DNA of 64,000 nt, from contig NMRA01000286.1 of the NCBI GenBank assembly GCA_002633005.1, forward strand, positions 34,067-98,066, read 5' to 3'. The position numbers and the translations under genes were made by a program. This document shows positions 14,201 through 23,721 of this stretch, in pieces. Under the pieces are notes generated by a model that was not told where the DNA came from, did not search any database, and worked only from the letters and a program-made list of their open reading frames with translations. The number at the start of each line of letters is the position of its first letter. Within the stretch, counting starts at the first letter, position 1. The stretch is from Phoronis australis. Taxonomy: Eukaryota; Animalia; Phoronida.

Positions 14201-17200
14201 GAAACCACAGACTGACAAAGTCCACACAAACAAAAGTGCTACAACAGGGCCAGACTTCGCAACCAAAATCGTTCCCTTCCTCGTTCCAACACTCCCTCCG
14301 TCCTTGCCCTCTCGCTCATTTGTGCACTGACAGTTATATAGCACATAAATACCAAAACTTTTAACAGTTTGATAATACACTGATTCTAAGTTGACATTGG
14401 CGAGGTAATTATTAAGTTAGTTTTGAAGAAAAATGTCAGTACCGTATTCGCCGTAATAACAGCCAAGGGTGCTTAGAAAAGTTCGTTTCAGGGGGCGCTT
14501 ATTATAACCCAAGGCCGTTGAAACCCAGTCTCCGAAACAGGTGAAATCGGAAGCTAATTGAAGATTCATCATATTTACCCTGTGTGACGTATCTGTAATC
14601 TATGAAAGACTTTCTACAAAATCGTGGTGCATTGCTATCAAACTTTGATGCTAAATTACGATCATTTTACAGAAAATTGTGCTGAAATCCCAGGGCGAAA
14701 ACTCACCGACTGACTGCTTCGCAATCGTCAACATGGCGACTTGAATGCTTGAATAAAAATACAGTTTTGACTCAAGCAAATTACCTGAAATTCTCCTTAA
14801 ATTTTCCAAGTAGCGTCCCTGAGATTTTTAAGTTCCCGTGGAGTCCGGATCACAGCAGGTTTAAGTACAAATCTGTGCTACATCGTGCCATCAACATGTA
14901 TGATCGGCAACATGAGAAAAATGTCTGGACGAACACGCATGTTGTTGTCACATGTTTGTTTTGAAGTTTGTCTGCGTTTGTGAGTAAGCGAGCATGCGCG
15001 TGTCACCAGAGTTCATTTTTCAGAGCACCAGACCGTCTTTTGGCCAGAGCCACGCAATCTAACGAGCTAGATGTGCATTGTATCTAAAGAAATTTGCACA
15101 AGCCAAGTAGGCCTGAACCAGAGCATATTTCATTCAGCACTTGCCGGTCTCATGTGCTAAAAACAGTCAACATTTGTCTTGGTAAGGCCCATATTAGTCG
15201 CCGTTTCGCTGGATGCGTACGTAACTATCTGACAGTTATTTTTCGGTGTAAAGGTGTGTAAGCATTCACTGTCAGTTGTCATTTTATCAGATATTCGGCT
15301 TAAAAACACCAATTATGGTTAATCAAACAATTCATAAAAATAACGCAAACATTTTTTTATAGTATTAGAAACTGTTGGAAATTAGTACCAATATTCATTT
15401 CTTGCCGATGCTATGCTACCCGTTTCATGAATGGATAGTTCCTGACTAATGTCTTTGATGACAGGTTCATGTATGTAGCGCGCGCTTCCTGGCCACGTGC
15501 TTTTAACACTGGCCAAGCTTTTTATTAGTCTTCGATTCGCGGTTTTCAAGTGTACAAAGAAATTTGGATTCTTGTTGAAAGCGGGAAATATCTACAAAGC
15601 AATCCCGAAGACAAATACACTACTTCTGTTCTGAAAGGCCAGACCATTGGTCCTCGCAAGATCAGCAAAACTTTTGTGTTCGTGTTGAGGCATGGCAGAA
15701 GTTTGAAGTGTATAGTCACGGCTAAATACCGACATTGCGGCGAGGCTCGTAGTCTACAAATTCTGCGCACAATGATTTTTTGCAGGACTGTCGGATATTA
15801 TTGATAAATTAAAGACGTTATTATAGAATTTTAGGACTGTAGGTAAGCCATTTTTCGCACGTACACGTTCATGGACTGGGTGCTCATTTTAGTAAAGTCT
15901 GAAAACGCGTGGGGGGTGCTTATAGGGGCAGGGACGGTTATTACGGTGAATACGGTATTCAAGATACGGTATTCAGCTACCTCTTTGAACAAGTTCATCA
16001 AGTCCTTTTCAGGAAATGTGAAATAGAACAGGTATGGAAGACAAGTAATAGATAGCAGCAAGAGTATCATTAATTATTAATTTATTATGCACATCCCTAA
16101 TTCAAATCTCCTAATATAAGCAGAAAAAGAAAACAAGTTATAGCATTGACATATTTTTCACTGAAAGTTTTGGCAGAGCTAAAAGGGACAAACGAATGAT
16201 ACATTGTGCCCAAAAATCTTTTAAATACTTTTGCATCAGCATTGCAATTCACTGAGCAATACTGAATTCCCTCTGAAACAGTGATTAGTACAGCAGGAAA
16301 TGCCCCCCCCCATGCAGCATTTTGGTAGGTCAATACCCCAAAACCAGAAAACACTGTGATATCTTGAGACATATGTCACAGCTATTTCAATTTATGTAAA
16401 TAGAACTAACCTCAGTGACATCATCAAATGTGGTGATGTTGTGAACAGCCTTGGTATAACCCCGTGAAGTGTAGATTTCCAGACCGTTTTTAGTTATTGC
16501 AAATATTAGGCCATTATTAGCAGCAACCTGGGGATGGCAAAATAATTAATGAATTTATCATGGAACTGCAGCAGAACACAGAAAAAGTGAAACTGTGACA
16601 ACGTAGAAACTAAAGTCATTGAAAGCAATACCTTTAAGTTTATGGCTACTTTAAAGAAGTCCTTTTTCCATCCCGAAAACCAACTCCTAATATAGACAAC
16701 TGATTGGTTACGAAATTTGTCTCATCTTGTTTGAAGGTCAAACTGGAGGTGATTTCAGGTATTCAAAAGAACTGATAGCCATTGTGCTTGATTAAAAGTA
16801 GTTCCCTGCTTATCTAAAAAATTTAATATTCCATCTCAGAGGGTTATAAATTGATAATTGGTTTATTGTCCATGTGAATTTCAGGGGTAGCCTGGTCTCT
16901 AACATCTATAAATGGACTGAACACAAACGTTTCCTACCTTTGCTACCTTAACAAGTAGACCATTCATCTACATCACTTCTGAGGATACTTCCTAACATAA
17001 ATACTTACGCTCTATGATGAACTCACATTAGTTTTCGCTATTTGTTCTACGGTCTACGGTAAGCTAAGTCTTTACGGGTTAGGATTTTACAATTAATTGC
17101 ACACTGTTAATGAGAATGTCTGTGTAGAACATAGGGGCACCTGTGTTGTTTGACTAGTGTACGCGTAGGACGCCAGCATTTCACTAGTGTTCAGGATGTT

Positions 17201-20054
17201 GTAGAGGGTCCCAACACCTGTAGTGCTGCAAAAGACGCATAGGCCAATCAGCTGACTTCTTCTTGATGACTGCAAAATGCTGGGGTTGCCTTCGTCTGTT
17301 ACGTCACCTCCTTGTTGCTCATCTTTTATGAAAAAACAAAAGAATGTTACACAACTCCAGTAACCAACTTTCTGGAATAATGATGTACAAGATTACACAC
17401 ACCTGTGCATTATGTACTACATATGGGAGGTTACCACATTGAAATTTTTAGCTAAAATAACCTCGGTAAAAATAAACAGGGCAATGGCCAAAACCGTTGA
17501 TGGGATTGGAATGTTGAATTATGGGATAGAAATGTCCGTTTCTGTGTCATAATTGAAGATTTCTAACCCTAAGTCTTCTCCAGGATTGGGGCTACAGAAT
17601 GCAGCCCCGTACAGAGCCATAAGCTAGACAGGACACTACAACTGCAACAACTCGACTCATCAAAGGTACATTACAAGGCTATTATGCTCTAAGTAGCTTA
17701 TACACACGACATCTCTTTCACGGCAGAATCACAGTAAAATCCAAAAAAGACAATTGTTAAAACTTCCCTGTAACCTCAACTGCTGAGATTTTAAGATACA
17801 GATTAGAGATTTCCTCTACAGTTGTAACTCAGCCCAAACTATTAAAGTATTAACTTTTGAAAGCATTTACATTTAAAAATATGTGTTCTGTTAAGTGGAC
17901 CCTTGCCACTATTAATCTAGGGAATAACACTTCATCCATTCACGGAAGTTATGTAAGAAAGACAAGACCCCTTCATATTCCTCAACACAAAATGATGATT
18001 GCATCAGTAAGCAAACCTGGTTTGTACAGGGGAACAAACTGTAAAGAGTGAAGACAGTCATGCTCATCTCGCAGGGCAAATCTTCGATACAGATACGTCG
18101 TCACTGGAGTTTCTTGCATCACACATCCTGTGACAAAGACCATCAAAGTTCCATTGAGCACGAGGGGAACATTGGCCAAATTTAGCATAATTTATGATTT
18201 TCAATAAAAATGCACACGAACCATTGACCCAACTGTTCATAGAGGGAGCCCTATACACAACTATTATCAACGGTAAAGTCTTCATTTCAGATAACAATAA
18301 AATTTTCATAAAATTTATCATTTTTTAACTTTTAAAGCCATACCATACCAGATGCACTACAAATGCTAAAAACTGTACCAAACACTGTTTGGAGACAACT
18401 CTTCCCCACAAAAGACGCTAACGAGAGACAAAACAATTTATTGAAAGGAACTTTTTGTTCAGAAATTTTACGAAATGTAATTCCCCTGAGTAGCCACATT
18501 GCCTCTATAGTGAATAAACTTTATTGTAAAGTAATACTATAACCAGCTGTCAGAGATTCAACACTCTATACACAATTAGTGTCACATCTAACTTGGTGAG
18601 GTGAGCTTACCATCACACCAAATTGTGATAGGATGACCCAACACCTCGTGTCCAGTTGGACCCAAGATCTCAACATCAGCTGCAGTTGTTTTCGAGTCCA
18701 AGACTTTCTTAGTCTCAAGAAGAATAGTATTCGGCTGTCCTTGAGCATTGTACTGCGATGGACTTTCGTTTTTCACACAATCCCAGCTAACAAAGTCCAT
18801 ATCTTTAAGAATGTCTGTTTCTACATTGTCTTTAGTTGCAAAATCCAAAGTTTTATTGACAGCAGTCTCCTCACCATTAGGTGAAACACCCTGGGCAGAT
18901 GGCAAATCTCTGTCATGAAGCCTGACCACATGGACTTCAGATGATGAGCAAACAGCGACAAACTCCTCACAGAGAGAAACTTGCTTCACAAGCATTGAGA
19001 ACCGAATGTCCAAAACAGGTTCCAAGTCTCTGTACAACAAGCCTTCACTATCACGATGCTCAACAAGATGGTAGATTTTTACTTGTTTGTGAACGGCCAC
19101 AGCAAGGTTTCCGGTGGCGATGCAACAAGCAATGAAAACAGGGTCATATGAATTCATGGAAACCTCAATTATTTCCAGACCATCGGAGCTTGCACGTGAG
19201 ATGCGGCCAGCAAAATTCATCCTCTTTGGAGCATCAGATGAGGCTTTTTCCCATTGGAGGTACACCCGTAGAGAAACAACAGGTGTACTAGAGTGACGAG
19301 TGTACTTCTCTTCTATGGCAGCTATGTAGTTTCCTAAATCAACCAAGGAGAGAACACACCTTTTAGTATATTGTAACATTAGTTTTTGATAGTTTTGATA
19401 GTAAGTGCAAACTAAGTTCTGTGTCTCTTAACTATACCACCGATGCTACCATTTCATTCTCAGCATTCGTTTATATTCCCTAGAAGGTCGTCACAATGTT
19501 GACAAATATCATTAGCAACTTAGACAACATGAGCAGGAAAGCCCCAGATTGAGGCGCCAAAGTTGATATCTTCAGGAATTTATATGGCACGAATAGATTA
19601 CAAACCGGGACAACATGGTTGATGAATATCTTCAGCAATGCAGATAATTTTCCAAACACAAAATTACAGAACTTAGCGATTAAGTATTTACAAAGCAAAT
19701 ACTGAATGAGAGTGAACTTTAGGTCAGTTCTTGACAGAAACCAAGTTAAATTACAAGGCCATGCAATTTTACTACTACGTGGCCGTATGTGGATTTATCC
19801 ACTGTCCGATTGGACATACACTATATCCATGACAAATTACCTTTTTGGCAATGCAGAATCTGTTTTGGCACAGCAATGGTTGGCACAAGCACGAAGCATG
19901 GACACCGCTGTTGGTTCAGGTCGTGCACATGGATGCAACAGTGAACAGAGGCCACAAATAGCCAGTGTCCAGAAGTATAGACAGTCAGAGGTTCATGGTC
20001 AGTGTTAAACACATCCTGTCCAGCAAAATGATGACAACAAAGGACTCGAACCAT
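2102..20054 (-). CDS. HPS3: HPS3 / BLOC-2 complex subunit 1, complete spliced gene (18 coding exons, 3204 nt, 1067 aa)
   Basis: Hand-assembled GT-AG exons with consistent phases. Peptides recall vertebrate HPS3 throughout: MVRVLCCHHF, GNYIAAIEEK..LRVYLQW, TTYLYRRFA..LHSLQFVPLY, LVQEAHLCLR, LALPYYMMTG, DLVKLQ|AVL, C-terminal DFLRLLPPD. Confidence 0.93.
3891..3987 (-). CDS. HPS3: HPS3 coding exon 17 (WSRLIENL...VEAFR)
   Basis: 97 nt, ttgcag acceptor, gtaagt donor. Confidence 0.88.
4660..4872 (-). CDS. HPS3: HPS3 coding exon 16 (AVLSSNL...AIDLIVDKYP...GIDH)
   Basis: 213 nt, tttcag acceptor, gtaagt donor. Confidence 0.9.
5132..5458. mobile_element. Degenerate MITE
   Basis: gccacccgaacaacacagctca is inverted to tgagccatgttgtccgagtagc. 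Confidence 0.5.
5551..5881. mobile_element. Degenerate MITE (PIF/Harbinger-like)
   Basis: gccgtttatcatgtcaa is inverted to ttgacatgtgaacacagc. Confidence 0.4.
5912..6072 (-). CDS. HPS3: HPS3 coding exon 15 (EAPSDRC...CACWLCNQDLVKLQ)
   Basis: 161 nt, gtaagt donor, conserved DL.KLQ. Confidence 0.88.
6556..6726 (-). CDS. HPS3: HPS3 coding exon 14 (LNKSTSAV...RHSWLNELPPFC)
   Basis: 171 nt, phase 1-1, gtaagt donor. Confidence 0.88.
7399..7471 (-). CDS. HPS3: HPS3 coding exon 13 (SGSHKKEIYRNFHLMLFLEGVLTD)
   Basis: 73 nt, tcttcag acceptor, gtgagt donor. Confidence 0.85.
8035..8169. mobile_element. Second short MITE of the GGATCCAGG family
   Basis: cagaggtggatccagg ... cctggatccg inverted ends. 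Confidence 0.6.
8484..8660 (-). CDS. HPS3: HPS3 coding exon 12 (RDLIAVCLENHHLL...VISLLE)
   Basis: 177 nt open frame between AG and GT. Confidence 0.85.
9271..9358 (-). CDS. HPS3: HPS3 coding exon 11 (PMVSLALALLYLK...ANDE)
   Basis: 88 nt, phase 2-0, gtaggt donor. Confidence 0.85.
9715..9757 (-). CDS. HPS3: HPS3 coding exon 10, small exon (EKAIAVLQSVGQRQ)
   Basis: 43 nt, ttgcag acceptor, gtatgt donor; needed to bridge phase 1 to phase 2. Confidence 0.8.
10004..10320 (-). CDS. HPS3: HPS3 coding exon 9 (CESKEDRKLALPYYMMTG...TGYSY)
   Basis: 317 nt, phase 2-1, conserved LPYY.M.G. Confidence 0.88.
10696..10865 (-). CDS. HPS3: HPS3 coding exon 8 (LSLGRRH...LVQEAHLCLR...GDYYA)
   Basis: 170 nt, ttccag acceptor, gtattt donor. 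Confidence 0.9.
11776..11836 (-). CDS. HPS3: HPS3 coding exon 7 (VNSSIYALKNCSTEELVKDM)
   Basis: 61 nt, ttacag acceptor, gtaagt donor, phase 2-0. Confidence 0.85.
13893..14020 (-). CDS. HPS3: HPS3 coding exon 6 (TCPSTTLDTCLIGMQPF...HLVVMSK)
   Basis: 128 nt, tcttcag acceptor, gtaagt donor, phase 0-2. Confidence 0.88.
14442..15955. mobile_element. Non-autonomous Tc1/mariner(pogo)-like element in an HPS3 intron
   Basis: TA|CCGTATTCGCCGTAATAAC ... GTTATTACGGTGAATACGG|TA; TA duplication; no coding capacity seen. Confidence 0.8.
16411..16527 (-). CDS. HPS3: HPS3 coding exon 5 (VAANNGLIFAITKNGLEIYTSR...DDVTE)
   Basis: 117 nt, ccccag acceptor, gttagt donor. Confidence 0.88.
17141..17322 (-). CDS. 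HPS3: HPS3 coding exon 4 (EQQGG...LIGLCVFCS...YAYTSQTTQ)
   Basis: 182 nt, phase 1-0, AG/GT boundaries. Confidence 0.85.
18017..18127 (-). CDS. HPS3: HPS3 coding exon 3 (CVMQETPVTTYLYRRFA...YKP)
   Basis: Acceptor cacag, donor gtttgc, 111 nt, conserved LYRRFA/LHSLQ. Confidence 0.88.
18611..19333 (-). CDS. HPS3: HPS3 coding exon 2 (NYIAAIEEK...ITIWCD), 723 nt
   Basis: Lies in ORF 18588..19379; acceptor tttag, donor gtaagc, phase 1-1. Confidence 0.93.
19841..20054 (-). CDS. HPS3: HPS3 coding exon 1 (MVRVLCCHHF...HCQKG); exon begins at 20083 with 5' UTR
   Basis: ATG at 20054, acceptor tttcag before 20083, donor G|gtaatt, phase 1. Confidence 0.9.
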
Positions 20055-20774
20055 GTTCCCGACTCGTGATGCTCAGTCAAGGCCTGAAATGAATAAATAA
20101 ATTGAAATAACAGCATTTCTTCCTTTGATAAATCCTCATCTATACAATATGATGGACAAATAGAATTATTCTACTTCTCATTTTGTCGTATCAATGTTTT
20201 GGCCATGTTCAAGTTCAGTACCATAGTTGCTAAGAGCATCAGAAAATATTCCGAAAATTGTGGGCATTCCCAACAATTTTAGAAAAACAAAAAAGGACAA
20301 TTTTGTTAATGATTTTTGTCTGCAATTGGTACCGCAGATAATCAACAGGCAGCAAATTAGCGACATTACGAAATATCAAACTGCCCTCAGATTCCACGGT
20401 ATTTACTCACCATTCTGCACTAATCCCCACAATGCTGCAGTACTACCACAAAAAAATTACTTTGACACTTGCCATTTCATTAATTGTTCTGAACTTTTAT
20501 TGTGAGCGCAGTGACTTGTAAAGCTGATGGTTTAAAACTGACAAGTTGGGACGGATGTGATATATTGCAACTTCCTTGTCTGCATTTTCTCCCTCCCGGA
20601 ACCTGTTTGAAGCCTCAGACATCCCCTGCTAGCAAAACCTATTTAAGTATAATCCTGCATTTTGAAGGAAGTCAAATCTGTTGCACTTTTTAAAGTGATA
20701 TTATAGTAAATAACGTTTAAATTATTTAAACGATATCTTTGTCTTATAACTGCTTCAAAAGTTCAAAAGGTTAA

Positions 20775-21667
20775 AGGTGAAGGCAACCTTTTTGATGTCT
20801 TTTTTAGCAAAAATAAGGTTCCTTGGTTATCCAAGACATATTTTCCCCTTAATTACAGCTTTTGGTAATTTGATTAATTACTCGTTCTCTACTCCGGAAG
20901 TGAATGTTTTGGGAGACAAGAACTTCACGCCAATTTCTTTTCATATAGCATGACTGTGAGAGCTGCCGAGTCAGTCATTGTTCTATCTCTGTTGTGATAA
21001 GTTCGGGCGTCGTTTGCTTTTGTTTAAAAGTCAGTCAACATGCCACACTGTTGCTGCGGAATGTACTCATTATCGTCTCGGGGACAGGGGAAAACTGTCC
21101 CACTTGCCCGAGTGTCCCGCGACACACTCCCACTGGATAGTGACCTGAGCACACAAACTGCTTACACCCCGCCGTGTGACTTCCTCGCCACACATCTGGC
21201 ATCTTCTAAATAACTCCAATACTATAGTCAAGTCCACAATAAACTTATCAAAGTTTGGCTCACTGATCTGTTCATTGAACGACGAACTGTACTCTTCACT
21301 GGGCCTGTATTCACTCCCACTACTCGACACTGCAGCAGGGCTGCTTACAGGCTTTGTGCTATTATGAGTACATCCCAGTATAATGCAGCAACAGTGTGGC
21401 ATGTTGACTGACTCGTAAACAAAAACAAACGACGACCAAACGTATCACAACCGAGGTATACCAATGACCAACTCGACAGCTCTCATAGTTACACTACACT
21501 GAAAAGAAATTGGCGCGAAATTCTTGCCTCCCAAAACGTCACATCCGGAGTAGAGAACGAATAATTAATTAAATTAAGAAAAACTGTAATTAAGTGGAAA
21601 ATATGTCTGGGATAACCAACGAACCTTATTTTTGCTTAAAATGACATGAAAAAGGTTGTCTTTGCCT
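20775..21667. mobile_element. Non-autonomous Kolobok fold-back derivative made of two transposase-side ends
   Basis: TTAA at 20771-20774 and 21668-21671; both arms match 46805-47110 including ATG-MPHCCC (21040 on +, 21402 on -); the centre matches the transposase segment at about 47550-47820. Confidence 0.88.
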
Positions 21668-21847
21668 TTAAACATAATTGTTGTAGATCATTGATGGCTT
21701 TTGGTGAATCGTATGAGCCTCTGTTAGGCACTCCTTTGTTCACTAGCAATTGCATATTAGCTGAATGGTTATTACTCTTGCAGGCCGCCAGTTAGATTCC
21801 TGGATTGAGTGATCTCAGCAATTACTACAACTGGCGTAGTAGGCAAT

Positions 21848-21920
21848 GGCCCATTAGCTAAATGGTTAGCATGCTTGCCGCTTTTATAGGGGTCGCTTGG
21901 TTTGATTCCTGCGTCAGGTA
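21848..21920 (+). repeat. Degenerate tRNA-derived SINE head
   Basis: TAGCTAAATGG A box and GGTTTGATTCC B box at tRNA-like spacing. Confidence 0.5.
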
Positions 21921-22689
21921 ATTCCCAGCTATTACTCCTACAGTTGTAATTGTTGGCAAACAGATGATCTACTGAAGAAGCACAGCCAACTATAGTGAGG
22001 ACCTCGGATGGCACACATGGTGTTGCGATATAGTTAAAAGTTCCAGGAGTCCAGAACCTGTATAAGAGACAATGTGTTCACCTGTGTTGTGGAGGTAAAG
22101 AAATCATGCAAGGGAAGTTGACGAACTGTATGCAAGACAATCTGGTTTTCACTATACCTGGTGCAACGCCATCTGTTCCGTAGAAAGGGGGAAGCTGTAC
22201 ATTTGTGAATCATATGAGCCTAGTCCATTAGCCATTTGCTAACAGGCAATGGGGCTGTCCCAGCTAAAGATAGAACAGGTAGAACTCTCCTTTGTCCCAG
22301 AAATAAGAAAGTGCATGACCTCGGTGTGGAAATCAGGCAGTCAAGTCTCTCATTGATGTCAGCAAGCAAGAATTTTACATCACGCCATTCACGGGGTGTT
22401 GTCCAGCTTTTCAAAGTTTCTCACAGGTCTGTTATTCAGTGGATTAAACTGGTTATCAAAATCAGGGACTGCTAATCCGACCAGTGCCCTCCAAGTCTTA
22501 GTCAATTCCAAGAAAACATTGTAAAATTTTAACTTAATATATTTTACTTTTAGAATATTCACTAGAGTAGGAGGATAACGTCTATCTCTGTCTCTCATTC
22601 TTTTAAACACTTCACACTCGAATTCGAGTAGTTAAGCAAAGAACTGGGGTCTGAATAGTACACGGAGACAAAAATACAACGAGAAAGAG

Positions 22690-23460
22690 CACCTACGCTA
22701 ATCAAATCCAGACCATCTTGAATTGTCACATGATCACTTGTACAATTGACAGCAAACATACACATAGTTTTGCATTTTAGATTTATATTACATAAAAATA
22801 AAAATTCATTTTAATTAACATCATGCATTATAGTAAAATATTTTTTTATTAAATTAAAGTACTTTTTAAAATTAATATTTTTCAAAATACAACAAACCGA
22901 TTGCTTAAAAAAACACTGTTTTTGATTACAATGTATAAGCGCTGCAATCAAACTTCGTTGTGCAGGGTTTGCTTTGTTGCTTTGTCAAGTTTTAACTTAA
23001 AGTTGTAAGTACATTAATTTAATTAATGAGTGTATGTTGCGTGCTGTCTAATGCATTGGCCCATCTAGGGTGTCGTAGATGTGTGGGCAACCACATTTTG
23101 TGGAAGGAAAATGTTCGCCGTAAGCCTAGCCAACCAGACAGCTAGCTGGCTGGCTACCTGACAGCCAGCTGTTAGGCGCTTAGGCAATTATATCGCCCTG
23201 TAATGCCGCAGGTATACAGGAACTACTATATTACATAAAAAGTCATTCATCTCACAATTCAGGGATTAAAATCGAATGAAACATGTATTTATAGACATGG
23301 AGTTATAATTAACACAGCCATGACTCCAGAGTCAATTTATTCAACATACCTGCGTAATGACGTAATGTGAACATATCTACGAAAATATGTCACGGTTCGC
23401 TCAAGCTTCCCTCACGACACCCGGTGCCATTTTGAGGAAATTATGGAAAATCACACCTTT
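22690..23460. promoter_or_regulatory. Putative divergent promoter region between HPS3 (-) and Kv-beta (+)
   Basis: YY1-like CAAGATGG (minus, 22713-22720) beside E-box GTCACATGA (22725-22733); YY1-like GCCATTTT near 23426; lies between the divergent genes. Confidence 0.35.
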
Positions 23461-23650
23461 TGATGAAAACATAGTCCAAGGGACACAAATCTTACAAATT
23501 CCACTGATGTGATCTCAGTGTCATACGCTTCGCTCAGTCTCACTGCTTGCCCTAACTCGTGACACCACTTGAAATACTTTGTGGTTACCACGCATGAAGG
23601 AAAAGTTAACAGTGACCAAAAAAGTGGAGTTCTGATTCTTCACCAAAGCC

Positions 23651-23721
23651 ATGTTAATTCCCATAGACATGCTTCATCAAAGATATGAATATAACCAGAA
23701 AAGATTGCTGAAGAACTTAAA
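23651..23721 (+). CDS. Candidate distal alternative first exon of Kv-beta (MLIPIDMLHQRYEYNQKRLLKNL-K)
   Basis: gccATG, open frame, consensus donor AA|gtaagt in phase 2 compatible with exon 53184; lacks the YR motif. Confidence 0.45.

Noticed and set aside
22140-22610. Minus-strand ORFs upstream of HPS3 as a separate gene
   Set aside because: Short, interrupted by stops, no recognisable domain; at most UTR sequence.
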